From the NCBI RefSeq assembly GCF_009914755.1, contig NC_060930.1: a stretch of 64,000 nt of DNA; one strand, given 5' to 3'. Below the pieces are notes generated by a model, which saw nothing but the letters and a program-made list of their open reading frames with translations, did no database searches and was not told the origin of the DNA. The stretch is from the human T2T-CHM13v2.0 reference genome, Homo sapiens. Below are positions 12,436 to 26,785 of this stretch, one piece after another (position 1 is the first letter of the stretch; each line of letters begins with the position of its first letter). The translations under genes were made by a program, and so were the position numbers.

Positions 12436-13262
12436 CAGTCATGCGACACTTAATGACTGGGATACCCTCTAAGAAATGTGTTGTTAGATGATTTTGTCAC
12501 TGTGCAGGTAGTGCACTTACACACACCTGGACGGGACAACCCCACTACACACCTAGGCCCTGCGGTGTAGCCGATTGCCCCCAGGAAATAAACCCCTACA
12601 GCAAGTGATCGTCCTGAATACTGTAGACAATTGTAACACAATGGTAAGTATTTGTGTATCTAAACATAGAAAAGGTGCAGTGAAAATGTAGTATAAAAGA
12701 TAAAAAATGGTACACCTATATAGGGCATTTGCCATAAGGCTTACAGGACTGGAAGTGGCTCTGAGTGAGTCAGTGAGTGGTAAGTGATTGTGAGGGCCTA
12801 GGGTATCACTGTACACTACCAGGGACCTCATAGACACTGTGCACTTAGGCTACACTCCATTTATACAAAATAGTTTTCTTCAGTAAAAAATTAACCTTAG
12901 CTCACTGTAAGTTTTTTACTTTATAAACTTTCCAATTTTTTAACTTTTGACTCTTTAGTAAAAACAGCTTAAAACACAAACACATTATACAGCTGTACAA
13001 AATATTTTTTCTTTACATCCTTATTCTATAAGCTCTTTATTTTTAAAATATTTTATTTCTTTTTACTTTTTAAACTTTGTTGCTAAAAACAAAGACACAA
13101 ACATACACATTAGCCTGAGCCCACACAGGGTCAGGAGCATCCATGTCACTGTCTTCTACCCCCACTTCTTGTCCCACTGGAAGGTCTTCAGGGGCAATGG
13201 CAGGCATGAAGCTGTATCTCCTGTGATCACAGTGCCTTTTTCTGGATGCCTCCTGAAAGAAC
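12436..13262 (+). mobile_element. Tigger3 (Tigger3b/GOLEM-like) DNA transposon, truncated
   Basis: Starts cagtcatgcgacacttaatgactggg...; internal ttgtaacacaatggtaagtatttgtgtatctaaacatagaaaaggt; second TIR not seen. Confidence 0.88.
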
Positions 13263-14164
13263 AGGTGTCACACTAACTGAGCTCCTGTCACACGGAAGGA
13301 AACACCAGGGGTAGGAAAAAAGTTCCACCCTAACATCCACAAATAGATGTGTTTCATGAGGACAAGGAGCAAGTTCTTACACTTCTTGATATTTACATGC
13401 CTAAGATTTGTTGTCCTAATTAACATATTGTACCCCTTTTATTCTAATCCTAAGGTCCAAAAGAAAATAAGTTAGATATGTTTTTTCAATAGCCAAAACA
13501 GAAATATGAATGCAATTGTTATTATGACATTTCACATTCATTCAGGGGGAAACTCAGCATCTGCAAAGCCAGAAGACAAAGTCTTGCTTTTCACCATTCA
13601 GTAAGAGCCAATGGATCTTGAAGTGAACAGATTTGGAAAAGTGACCTGAACAGCCAAGATCAGCAAATAACAAGGAACACAAAGAAAAGCTAGTAAGAAA
13701 GTAGGAAAATCAATATGGAAATTGACCACTAATATATCCATAAGTGTATATACGATTTTAAACAACAGATCTGAATCTGCTGCACACCAGGGCTGCTGTG
13801 ACGCATAGCCCTGGCAGGTGCTTTCTCATTGTCATCTGTCTGACCGACTGGGCAGAGCCCAGCTCCAGTGGCTACATTCAATGTTCATGCACCCTCTGGA
13901 GCTGTGCCAGGCTGTGAACCTATTTACACCCTATAATGTTCTAACTTTACTGGAGAAAGGACTGAAACAGTATGGTTATCATTCTCTAGTTATGGGACTA
14001 CCCATTCATTTCCCTGACAGAAGTGTAAATACTTGAGTGCAGGCACCATCTCCGCTTCACCTTTGCACCCTTTTGAACGCACAACACACTACAGGTGTAG
14101 AGCGAGTACTCAGTAAGTGTTCATTTAATGATCCAAAGCTTTCACGGTCTGTGTAACTCTCTAT

Positions 14165-14468
14165 AGCTGAACTTCCAAAACAGTAGCCAATATCTATACA
14201 TGGTTAATAAGCACTTGAAATGAGGTTAACCCAAATTGTAAAATACAAGATTTTGAAGACTTCAGATGAAATAATGCAAAACATCTCATTAATAATATTT
14301 ATATTGATAATGTTGAAATGGTAACATTTTGGATATATTAAGTTAAATAAAATATATTATTAATATTATGTTTTCCTGTTTGTTTTTACTTTTTACTTTG
14401 GCTTTGAGAAAATTTAAAATTATATGTGTGGTTGGTGTTTGTGATTTACATTAGATTTCTTTTGGATA
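14165..14468. mobile_element. MER33-like hAT MITE
   Basis: agcacttgaaatg...gattttgaagactt...catctcattaataat...ttttggatatatt.agttaaataaaatatattatt. Confidence 0.75.
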
Positions 14469-14515
14469 AGGACGGCCACCTTAGACAAAAACCTGGATGG
14501 TAATTTGACTTAAAG

Positions 14516-14547
14516 TTTATTTATTTATTTATTTATTTATTTATTTT
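14516..14547. repeat. (TTTA)n microsatellite
   Basis: Directly visible. Confidence 0.9.
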
Positions 14548-15339
14548 GGTAGCCATACTCATAAGTTAGCACTACGCCAATGGAGTGTAAAAGTTTTGCT
14601 GCCATTAGAACTTGCATAATAATTTCACTGTGGCATATAAAGAATATTTGTATTGCAATAATAACATGATTAAGAATATCAATAGTCAGTATTACCTGTA
14701 CGCCTGATGAACTTAGAAGTAAATTATGCTCTGTTCGACAATGTGGATTGTCTTTCCCTTCTGAAGTTACCCTCAGATATAGTCAAATCAGTTATGTTTT
14801 GGATGTCCTTCTAAAAATGATCACTGAGGTCATGCAGTGGAAGGAATTCAGATTTTGAGGAGCTGTGCACATCTGAATGTTAGACTCTGAAAGAAACTCG
14901 TGGGTGTGGAAATAAGTGTTTCTGGTGCTGCATTAGTATAAAAATCCATCACATCTAACTTTGCACACTATTTAAAAATTATAAATCAAGATAATGTATT
15001 TTACATATTCACTTTTAAATAATTGCTGATAAAATGAAAAATATTCATTAAGGGTAAAAGTAATTTTACTTTATGGAATTGACAAATATAATTGCTTTAA
15101 AATTAGTTTTTGAGGTTTTTCTTTTTTTTTACTTGACCAAATCTTGGCTTTTGGTTAATTTGAAAATAACATGATAGAAGCATACCTGATGAAAAATTAT
15201 AAGATGTGATAAAATTACTTGAACCATTTTTGTCACTGTTAGTCATAGTCTTAGTTAAATTTTGTAATATACGTCACATAGGAACATCTTCCTTAAAATT
15301 TTTCAATATTTTGAAAAACATCCCTCTCAAATATTTTTA

Positions 15340-17088
15340 ACAAGTGAGAATATGCAGTGTTTAGTTTTCTGTTTGTGCGTGAATTCGCTTAAGATAGTGG
15401 TCTCCAGCTGCATAGATGTTGCTGCAAAGGACATGATTTCATTCTTTTTTATGGCTGCAAAGTAGTCTATGGTGTATATGTACCACATTTTCTTTATCCA
15501 ATTCACCACTGATGGGCAACTAGGTTGATTCCATGTCTTTGCTATTGTGAAAAGTGCTGCAATAAGCATGTGACTGTATGTGTCTTGTTGGTAAAATGAT
15601 TTGTTTTCTTTTGGATATGTGCCCATTAATGGGATTGCTTGGTTGAATGGTAGTTCTGTTTTAAATTCTTGGAAAAATCTCCAAACTGTTTTCCACAGTG
15701 GCTGAACTAATTTACATTCTCACCAACAGTGTATAAGTGTTCCCTTTTTTCTGCAGTCTTGCCAACATGTATTTTTTTTTTTACTTTTTAATAATAGCCA
15801 TTCTGACTGGTATGAGATGGTATCTCGTGGTTTTGATTTGCATTTCTCTAATAATTACTGACATGAGCATTTTTTCAGGTTTGTTGGCTGCTTGTGTATC
15901 TTCTTTTGAGAAGTGTCTGTTCATGTATTTTACCCATTTTAATGGGTTTACTTGTTTTTTGCTTAATTGTTTAAGTTCGTTATAGGTTCTAAATAGTAGA
16001 CCTTTGTCAGATTCATAGTTTGCAAATATCTTCTTCCATTCTGTAGGCTGTCTGTTTACTCTGCTGATAGTTTCTTTTGCTGTGCAGAAGCTCCTTAGTT
16101 TAATTAGATCCATTTGTCAGTTTTTGTTTTTGTTGCAATTGCTTTTGAGGACTTAGTCATAAATTCTTTCCCAAGGCCCATGTCCAAAATGACATTTCCT
16201 ACATTTTCTTCTAGGATTCTTATAGCTTGAGGTCTTATATTTAAATTCTCAATTCATCTTGAGTTAATTTTTTTGTATAGTGAAAAGTAAGGGTCCAGTT
16301 TTATTCTTCTGCATATGACTAGCAAGCTATTCCAGCACTATTTATTAAATAGGAAGTCGTCTATTTGTTGCTTATTTTTGTCAACTTCATCAAAGATTAG
16401 ATAGCTGTAGGTGTGTGGTTTTATTTCTGGGTTCTCTATTGTGTTCCATTGGTCTGTGTGTCCAGCTTTGTACCAGTAGCATGCTGTTTTTGTTACTATA
16501 GCCTTGCAGTATAGTTTGAGGTCAGATAATGGGATGCCTCTGGGTTTGTTCTTTTTGTTTAGGATTGCTTTGGCTATTCGGCCTCATTTCTGGTTCTATA
16601 TGAATTTTAGAATGGTTTTGTTTCCAATTCTGTGAAAAACGACATTTGTAGTTTGATAAGAATAGTGTTGAATCTGGGGATTGCTTTAGACAGTATGGTC
16701 ATTTTAATGATACCAATTCTGCTTCTAATCCATGAGCACAGAATGTTTTTCATTCATTTGTGTCATCTATCATTTTTCTAGCAGTATTTTGTAGTTCTGC
16801 TTGTAGAGATCTTGCACCTCCTTTGTCAGATGTATTCCTAGGTATTTTCTGTATGTGGCTATTGTAAATGGGATTGTGTTCTTCATTTTGCTCTGTTTGA
16901 ATGTTATTGGTGTATAGAAATGCTACTGATTTTTATACATTGATTTTGTATCCTGAAACTCTGCTGAAATAGTTTATCAGTTCCAGGAGCTTTTTGGTGG
17001 TGTCTTTAGGGCTTTCAAGGTATAGAAAACCACAAAGAGCGAAAGTTTGACTTCCTTCCCTATTTGGATGCCTTTTATTTCTGTCTGT
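15340..17088 (-). mobile_element. L1PB/old L1PA ORF2 3' fragment lacking 3'UTR and poly(A)
   Basis: ORF fragments [25 protein letters not shown] and IAALFTIAKTWNQPSCPS are L1 ORF2p C-terminal motifs. Confidence 0.93.
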
Positions 17089-18920
17089 TGTGTAGGCACT
17101 ATTTTAAAAGGAGTGTTATCTTCAATGTATTTGAGTGACTAGAAATTACATTTTAATTGTTATTAAAATCATAATAAGTTTTTATGAACATTTACTTGGC
17201 TGAATTAGAAGCAAAGAGAGAGGGTATGACCTGTGTAATACCTTGTGTTTATTTTCTTTTTCTCTGAATTTCTGTCTTCCCCTTTTATTAAGTAAATAAG
17301 ATACAAATGATGAGCATCATTTTGTTGCAGGCATTAGGTGATAATCTAGGAAGGTCTGGAGACAAGACGAGGTGTTCTCAAAGCCACCGGCAGGCTGCCC
17401 TATCACCAGGCTAGCATCGCATTTCAAGGGGCACAGTCGTCTTTCTGAACAGTTAACTTGTATTGCCTGTTTCAAATGTGACAGTGTGAGTTGGGTTCTC
17501 CCTGCCTGACTAGCTTTTTAAAAGATTTTTAAAGAGGGATGGGCAAGATATAATTTTTTAAAGAGGGATGGACAAGATATAATCTGATGGGAAAGATCTA
17601 CTCTGGGAAAAATACAAAAATTCTGTGTGTTTAATTTTAGCAGATTAAGAAATCACTGAGGAAAGGAACAATTCCAGAGTCAAGATTTTTTTTTTTTTTA
17701 TTCCTCAAATCTGCCACTAGGTTCAGCCCGTTAATTTAGAAAATTGATGACAGATCTATTTATAGAACTGCAAGTATTTTTGTAATGGTAATGGTTTTGT
17801 ATAACCCTTGAAAAAATATTTCGTCTGGCTTCCCATTAATTAATGGTTCCAAAGATGAATATGGGGTCGAAATGAATCTAAATGAGCTAGTAATTTTTTT
17901 TATGATATGCAAGCACAGGAAAGTTACAGGATGAGAGCATTTTCATCTTTCATATATTTGACAGGGAAACTAGAATATCAAAGCTTTTGTCATTGAACTC
18001 TACAGTAGTTATTCAGTTTGATTTCAACAAATGTAAAATTAGGAGTCCAATATATTGGAATTTGATATTATTATAAATTGTAATATATTTATATATACTG
18101 GGTAATGTGAACTAATTTTACTTATTTAGGTCTGTCTTTTTCTCTTCTATTATTTGGACAGTGCTTCATAAAATTAGTAAGATAAGGTCAAAATATATTT
18201 CATATTATTTCATGTAAAATGTAATATACAAAATTAAAATCAGAAAATATATGTGATCCTAAAATATATTTAAAATTTGTATTGTCTAGAAATACACTCA
18301 TGAAGGAGAGCTGTGTTCTTTCTTTGAATGGCTACTTTCAGTTAACTTTTCCTTAGATAGACTCGGTCAAGTCCATCACTTGAATAAACTGTAAAATAAG
18401 ATGGAAAACATTGTATAAAAGAATAAGCTAATCACAAGTCATGACTGAGCTATTTTGTACATAATTGCATACATGAAAATGTGTACATAGTGATAAATAT
18501 AAACGTGGGGGGAGATACAGCTCCAAGGCAAGGAAATATTGACTTCAGAGTATATAATCGGATTTTTACTACACTTACATTACATGCTAACAAAGCTATT
18601 AGCAACATCATTTACAAAATCTACAGGTTCTAAGGGTTGATGATGACATAGGTCATCGTGAAGTACCCTTTTACAAAGTCACAAAAATATTAAGAATCTC
18701 TTTTGCAGCCTTCTTCAATTCATAGTTGTTATTAACAGGAGCTTAAAAGCAAATTAACCAAAAGAGAGAGAGAAACTATTAATAATTCCACACTTGTCTC
18801 TTGTAAGGCATACTCTGGGTCCTTTTCACGTGAGTATAAAAAGTGAATGCAGAGAAATAGAAAAAAATGAAAATACATTGTATCCAGGTGGTTGTTGCAG
18901 AAAGTTGATGTAATCTTGAT

Positions 18921-18960
18921 TGAGAGAGAGAGACAGACAGACAGACGGACAGAGATGGAC
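18921..18960. repeat. (GA)n/(GACA)n microsatellite
   Basis: Directly visible. Confidence 0.85.
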
Positions 18961-19049
18961 ATAAATGCAGAGATATTCTTCTGAAGCAGAGGACAATATG
19001 TAATTTAGAGAGTTACTACTCTTAAAAATTCTTACATTTTACATTTTTA

Positions 19050-21095
19050 CATTTTATCTTTTTCTATTCAACCTAATAAATATTTTATTAGTGAGGGTTT
19101 TTCTTTTTTCACATTCACTTTTAAAATCTCTATTTGCCTCTCCATTTTTATGTGACACTATATTTAGTGTATGAGTAAGACTCAAATTCAGGCACCTTCC
19201 CATGATTTGCTATACATGGCATCCATTTACTCCAGTCAAATACATTCTTGAGAGGGCCAGTGTGTTTATGTCACTGTGTGTGTATGTGTGTGTGTTTATT
19301 TTTATCCCTTTCTCTTAGAAAAATGTTAGCATTTTCTGCACACTTTTAGGAATGCTAAATGTTCCCCCTTCCCTCCTTCCACTACATCTGATTTGGAGTA
19401 ATATTCCTTTACTTTTATTTAGTAGGCATAATGCGATCAGCAAACATTCTACTTTTTACATGTTTTCCTACTCTCCTACCCCTCATTTTTACTACTGTAG
19501 CTACACTACCAAAGCATTATAGCCATACTTACCCTCCTTGCTTCTTTGTAACTGTCACTTCTTCCTAGTTTCATAAGTAAATATATACCTAACCTTCACC
19601 ATCAATGCTTAAGGCAATGCCTCACCAGATAGTTTGGTTTTCTGAATCTTTTCCTCTAGTAGAATCCTCAAGAAGTTTTCATGAGACCAGTATTCCCTCA
19701 TTTGTTAAGTTGTTTCTTAACAATTTGTTTGAGACTTCATATTGGAAAGTTATTATGGCTGAGTATAAAATCTTTGGCTCAAATTTTTTTTCCTCAAGTT
19801 GCCCAATTTCTTCTGGTAGAAAGTATTATTGTCAAAAAGCCTGATGACAACCTTTATGAGTGAATTGGTAATTTTGCCCAGATTTTATTTTTATTTTCAG
19901 TGAAGGTCAGTAACTTTACTAAAATATGCCCCAGTGTTGGTCTTTCAGGATTAAATTCTCCAGTAATACGGCCTATCCTTTTAGTAGGTAGTGTCCAGTC
20001 TTTTGGGGAGGGAGTTGTCTTGAGTTTAATATGTCAGCACTATTGTTCCGTTGCTTTGAGCTTCTTGTTTGGGGCTATATGCATGTTGAGTCTCTTCTGC
20101 CTATCTTCATCTGTCATTTTCTCTAAAACACTTCATCACTCTTTTGATTTTCAATTTTTAAAAAATCCTCTTTTTTGTCTCCTGTGTTTCTTAAACTGTT
20201 GTCTGTTATGATTACTTTGTCTTTTGTTCCTTCCAATTTAGGCATCATTTCCTGATATTTATTTTGCATTTTAAGTTCTTTCATTAAGTTCTATGTTTTT
20301 AATGTCTTCTATCATTTAAAAAATATGTGATCTTGTTTTGAAGCAGTATCTTGCAAGTTCTTCTATTGAGGGGCATGTCTTGCTAGCAGGCTTTTATTGT
20401 CTGTAGAGACATTATGATATTTCTTATTCTCTCCTTTTTAAAATAATAATTTTGTAAGGGATTTGACAACACTCTTTTTCTATCTGCCTACTCTTTTAGA
20501 AGGGAGGATTGGTCAAGATAACTTTTCTGGTTCACAGCTCCAGAGCCTCCTCTTCTATTGCCTCTACAAAGTGGTTTTTAAAATGACCTCATATTTCTAG
20601 GATCTGCCTTCTCTTCTGTCTTTCCCTCCTTTTAGCTGGATTTTCTCTTTCTTTTACTCCTCTGGACCTGGGCAGCTCCGCTCGATTTGGATTTTATCCC
20701 TTTGCTTTCCTCAGTGGAGAGATTTGTACTAGAAGGGAAATGGGGGATTTTAGGCTTAAGATCCTTTTCAGACCTCGTCACCACCCGTGAACTGGAGCGT
20801 GCACAACCTCTCCCAGCTTCAAATATGGCATCTGTTGGTGACGTTCCCATTCTGGAATCAGGAGATGGCTGGCTACTCTCCTCTGCTGCCTCTAGCACCG
20901 TTGCTGTGGTCACATGGGTCTTAGTGGTCAGAGGTCTGTCCCCATTGCCTTATATTTTAAGGACCATGAGTGTACCTTGCACACAATTTCGATGTAGTTC
21001 TTCTGTATATAGGTTTTGGTTTTGCTATCCTAGTTGCTTTACCTGTCTGTGTTAATGAGGGGATTTGGAGAGATTAAAAAGCAATATTGCTTTCT
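19050..21095 (-). mobile_element. Very old L1-related relic (L1ME/HAL1-like)
   Basis: T-rich with motifs ggctgagtataaaatctttggctca and ttttgctatcctagttgc...ggggatttggagagatt. Confidence 0.55.
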
Positions 21096-22279
21096 TATTT
21101 CCTTAATTCTCCCCCTTTCGCCTATAGAAACAGACTCCCAGGCTAAAAGCAGCAGATAACAAATATCAAGTCTTAATTTTTCCAAGATAAATGAAAGCTC
21201 AGCCTCTTCAACTAAAGCAAAGTGAAGACCACAGTCATTTCCCATGTCTTTGGCGAGATGTCTTCGTATTGGCAAAAACAGGAATCCTTAGAAGATCCTA
21301 ATTACAGGAAATAATTACTCACAGACAAGTTGCCCTTCATTTAAACTGTCAGGGTAACAATGTAAAGAAAACATAATACTTTCAGTCTCTACCAATCCAG
21401 GAATGGTGTGATCTTAAGGCTGACTGCCAAGAGCACAGGCCAGCTGTTACAGAACTTAATTAAAACAGTTTTGATAATTAGCACAACTTGTATATGAATG
21501 TGAGAGTATTTCTAATGTGAATACACCGGTCACCTTGTCAGTTACAGGGAACAGAGGAAAAAATCCTATGACATATGGAGTTGTGAACCAGTTATTAAAA
21601 AACAAGCAAACTTAGAATTGCTGTTGAACTATCCTCCATTCTTTGCCACCCTCATAAAAACAATAAAAATAAAACCAAACACGCAGAGACCCCTCCCAAC
21701 CTGATTTTTGCAAGTAGTTTAAGAAGCAAAAGCTGTTATGCTTTGTTAAAAGTCCTTTTGGTTGCAAACAAATAGAAAGGGACCCAGACCGGTTTGAGCG
21801 GTGAGTATTCCACAGAGCGGCTGCCTGAGTCCAGCAGCAGCGTTCGCATCATGGTGCTGCTATTTCCCTGCGACGACACACAGCAATCTTTCTTAATTTT
21901 GTCATATTTTCACTTTTATTTACTAAGGAATGACAGATCACCGAGAAAATCTTTTTTTTCCTCCTTTCTATGTGTTTCATTCTGAAAGGTCCATTGCTCT
22001 CCACTGATACTTTGCAGTCTGAGCTTAGTGTTATAACTGTTCTAAAAATGTCTCATTTGGAAGGAAGAGCTGTAGCCTGCTCTTTATTGCCCAGTACCTC
22101 TAACAGCCCTGCCACCATCAATCAGCAAAATGTCTACAATTAACTCTTGCTGTTGTCTCCAAAGCCTGGTTGCTGCCCCCACGGCCTCAGCACCCTCTGC
22201 CTGCACCTCCCTCCATGGCTTCATGACACGATCTCCTCCTTATCTTGCTCTTCAGAGGCTGTGTCCCTGTGCCTGCCTG

Positions 22280-23100
22280 TCCTGGGCAGGTGGAGCCCAG
22301 TGGATGGGCCTTGGACCTCTTCTTTCTCCCCAAAACACTCTCCATGGTGAGCCATCACTTTAGCCCAGATTCTCTCCCAAGTTCCAAAGTCACACCTCCA
22401 GACACCTCCCGGGCACCAGCACTCCACTTCTGTGTGCACAGTAGCCACTGCAAAGCTCAGTGTGTCCATGATGCAATCATAACCTCGCAGCTCCCACTCT
22501 GCCTGCCCCTCCTAGAGCTGCCCTCTCCCATGTTGGCCCCCATCTGGGTTGATCGACAGCACTGTGCACACAGTACCCAAGATAGAAGCCAGGAGTTGTC
22601 CTTGGCCGTGGACACTTCCTCACTCTCATGTTTAAATCCTTTATTTCAACCATTTCCTTCTGTTTCCTAAATGTCTCGTGAATGTCTGTGCCTTCCCATC
22701 CTACTGACCCTGTAAGGTTAAGCCACCTTCCTAACTGAGCAATGCTGGGCAGGAGATGTTTGTCTCGCTCCAGGCTTGTCTCTTCCCAGCTCATGGCTCC
22801 CACCGCAACCTGATCGTTCATTCTTGAAACAGATCCCATTTCTTATTCTCACAATTAGCGTCTTTCCATTTCCTTTCTGATGAACTCTAAGCTCCTGACA
22901 GCCTCCCTCCTGACCTGGCTCCTTCCCTGAAGTCCAGCCTCATCTCTCGCTGTTGCCCCACCTTCAGACCCAGCTTCAGCTGTCCCGAATTCTGCAGTTC
23001 CCCAAGGCCACCATTCACCATGGTTTCCATCATGGTCCCCTGCCTTTGCCTGGGATGCCCTTCCTGCCTCAAGGGAGGCACTGTCGTTTCCTCAGGGGAG
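22280..23100 (+). mobile_element. L2 LINE fragment
   Basis: C/T-rich L2-like motifs (tttagcccagattctctccc, gcaaagctcagtgtgtcca, tgcctttgcctgggatgcccttcc). Confidence 0.65.
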
Positions 23101-24323
23101 CCTGCTCCCTGTTATTCCGAGTTAAGCATCAGAATAATGTGTTTACTTTTCATAATTTTATGATAACATTCTCTTATAAAGATCAATTTTAATATCCCAA
23201 AATATTTGATTTCTTCTTTTGAGAATTCTGACTTTTCAAAAGTAGTGATGCACAGCCGACCACGGACCCCCTGCTGGGAGGCAGTCTCCGAAGCTGCCAG
23301 TGGTCTTCGGCCACACACATTCACTTGGCCAGCCAGACACACACCTGCTGCTGCCACAGTGGGGCAAGTGCACTCAGACCATCTGAAGGAAGGTGGGGCT
23401 GAAACCCACTGACTCATTTCTACTTTCAACAGGGATTTATTGAGCACCTACTATGTGCTCAATAATATACAGTACCTGTTGAATTGGGAGTTTCATGAGA
23501 AATAAGGCAGCCTTAGTCCCTGCCCTCGCTGTACTCTAAAAACAGCTAAACACATGATGTAATAATTGCCGTGTAGGAAGAGAACATCAGTGTCTCTGGC
23601 TGAGCTCTTTGCTACCTCACAGTCACACTGTCTGAAATGTGTGCTTCTCTTACTGCTGAAGGCTGCCGAGATAAAAGCAGTCACCTCAGGGTGAGAGTCC
23701 AAGGATTCAACCGGAAGAGAGCAGCAGCTAGGGACCCCTTGGTGGGAATGTGGTTCGTGAGGAACTGGAGTTCCGACGAGGAGCAGCTTCGAGGCATTTG
23801 CTTCTCACTAACAGGAGTGTCCCAGGAAACACCGAAATCCATCTAAGCAGGCGACATGCCAATTTTAATTACCTGCTCCAGTGAGTCATCAGTTATTACA
23901 TGTAATGAAATTAACTGTAGCACTGAACCCACAGTTATGTGGATTATTTGCCATTTTCCTCACAGTATTCAACATTTTAAAAATCTGTGGCAAGTCTGAG
24001 ATTTAGGAATAGTGAAATTTCCTTCGATTTGTCCTGGATCATGATTTATTTATAATATGTTAACATTGAATTGGCTTAAATAATTTCCTGCTTCTCTTTC
24101 TTTGAGATTTCCATCCTATTAAGAGCAGAAAGGAGCAATTTTTGTGAGTATCCCAGTTCTGATGGGCCACCATGCTCAGCAACATTTCCTAATTTTTTTT
24201 CATATTTTTACTTTGACTTACTGGAGAATTGCAATGCATGTAGACCTTATTTTCACAAAATGCAAATGTTAACATGCCTATTTAGCTCTCCCAGCCATGT
24301 TCCTTTTCTTGGGCAATTGTCTT

Positions 24324-26785
24324 CTTTTAAATCTCAACTTTTATTTAGATACAGGTGGTACATACGCAGATTTGGTACCTGAGAATATTGCATGATGCTG
24401 GGGCTGGGAGTAGGAATCCCGTCACCCTGGCCATGAGCATAATACCCGATGGGTAGTTTTTTAACCCACCCCCCTCCTTCCACCCTCCAGTAGTCCTCAG
24501 TGTCTCTTGTTTCCTTGTTCATGTCCACGTGTGCTCAGTGCTTAGCTCCCACTTATCAGTGAGAACATGCAGTATTTGGTTTTCTGTTCCTGTGTTAATT
24601 TGCTTAGGATAATGACCTCCAGCTCTATTTACGTTGCTGCAAAGGACATGATTTCATTCTTCATTATAGCTGTGTAGTATTTCATAGTGAATATGTACCA
24701 CATTTTCTTTATCCACTCCACTGTTGATGGGCACCGGGGTTGACTCCATGTCTTTGTCATTGTGAATAGTGCAGTGATGAGTATGCAAGTGTATGTGGTT
24801 TTTTTGGTAGAACAATTTATTTTCTTTTGGGTATATACACAGGAATGGGATTGTTGGGTCAAATGATCGCTCTGCTTTAAGTTCTTTGAGAAATCTCCAG
24901 ACTGCTTTTCACAGTGGCTAGACTAATTTACATTCCCACCAACAGTGTATAAGTGTTCGCTTTTCTCTGCAGCCTCACCAGGATCTGTTGTTTTTTGACT
25001 TTTTAATAATTGTCATTCCAACTGTGTAAGATTGTGTCTCATTGTGGTTTTGATTTGCATTTCTCTGATGACTAGTGATGATGAGCAATTTTTTGTAAGT
25101 TTGTTGGCTGCTTATATGTCTTCTTTTGAGAAGTGTCTGTTCATGTTTTTTGCCCATTTTTAAATGGGGCTGTTTCTTTTTTGCTTGTTCAATTGTTTAA
25201 GTTCCCTAGAGATTCTGCATTTTGTTGAATGCATTGTTTACAAATATTCTCTCCCATTCTATAGTTTGCTTGTTTAATCTATTGGTAGTTTCTTTTGCTG
25301 TGCAAAATCTCTTTAGTTTAATTAGGTACCACTTGTCTATTTTTGTTTTTGTTGCACTTGCTTTTGGGGACTTAGCCAAAAATGCTTTGCCACAGCCAGT
25401 GTCAAGAAGAGTATTTCCTAGATTGCCTTCCAGGATTTTTATAGTTTAAGATCTTACATTTAAATCTTTAATCTATTTTGAATTAATTTTTGTATATGGT
25501 GAAAGATAGGGGTCCAGATTCAATCTTCTAGCTAGCATATGACTAGCCGGTTATCCCAGCATTATTTATTGAATAGATAGTCCTTTCCCCATTGCTTGTT
25601 TTCATTGGCCTTGTTGAATATCAGATGGTTGTAGGGTATGCAGCTTTATTTATGAGTTCTCTCTTCTGTTCCATTGATCTATGTGTATATTTTTGTACCA
25701 GTACCATGCTGTTATGGTTACTATAGGCTTACAGTATGGTTTAAAGCTGGGCAATATGGTGCCTCCACCTATATTCTTTTTGCTTAGAAGCACTTTGGCT
25801 ATTCAGGCTCTTTCTTGGTTCCATATGAATTTTAGATTTTTTTTCTGATTCTGTGAAGAATGACATTAAAGTTTAATAGGAATATCATTGAACTGTAAAT
25901 TGATTTGGACAGTATGACCATTTTTACAATATTGATTCCTCCAATCCATGAACATGAGATTTTTTTTTATTTGTGCCACCTCAGCAGTGTCTTATAGTTC
26001 TCCTTGTAGAGATCTTTCACCTCAAGAAAACATCAGACAAATATCCCTCATGAACATAGACACAAAATTCCTCAACAAAATGCTAGTACATTGAATCCAG
26101 CGGCACATCAAAAAGTTAATACACCATGATCAAGTAGGCTTTATTTCTGGGATGCAGGGCTGGTTCAACATATACAAATCAATAAATGTGATTCAGCACA
26201 TAAATAGAATCAAAAGCAAAAAGCCTTTATTGAGATATGGTTATCTCAATAGATGCAGAAAAAGCTTTCAATAAAATCTGACATCCCTCCATGATAAAAA
26301 CCTTCAACAGACTAGGCATTGAAGGAACATTGCTCAAAATAATAAGAGCCATCTATGACAAACCCATAGCCCACATCATACTGAATGGGCAAAAGCTCAA
26401 ACCATTCTCCTTGAGAAGTGAACAAGACAAGAATGCCCACTCTTACAAATCCTATTCAACAGAGTATTGGAAGTCCTAGCCAGAGCAATCAGGCAAGACA
26501 AAGAATTAAAAGCCATCCAAATAGGAAAAGAAGAAGTCAAACTATCTCTCTTTGCTAACGATATGATTCTATACCTACAAAAATCATAAAGACTCTGCTA
26601 AAAGGCCCCTAGAATTGATAAACAACTTTAGTAAAGTTTCAGGATGCAAACCCAATGTACAAAAATCAGTAGCATTTCTATACACCAGCAACACGCAGGC
26701 TGAGAGTGATATCAAGAGCACAATCTCACTTCCAGTCACCGTGAAGAAAATGAAATACCTAGAAATACAGCTAACAAACGAGGTG
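24324..26785 (-). mobile_element. L1PA15/16- or L1PB-like element with 5' inversion (24324-26023 minus; 26024-26785 plus)
   Basis: L1 3'UTR and ORF2 antisense up to 26023, then sense RT-domain sequence ([24 protein letters not shown]; INNFSKVSG); degenerate TSD tgggcaattgtctt / tgggccattctttg. Confidence 0.92.
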
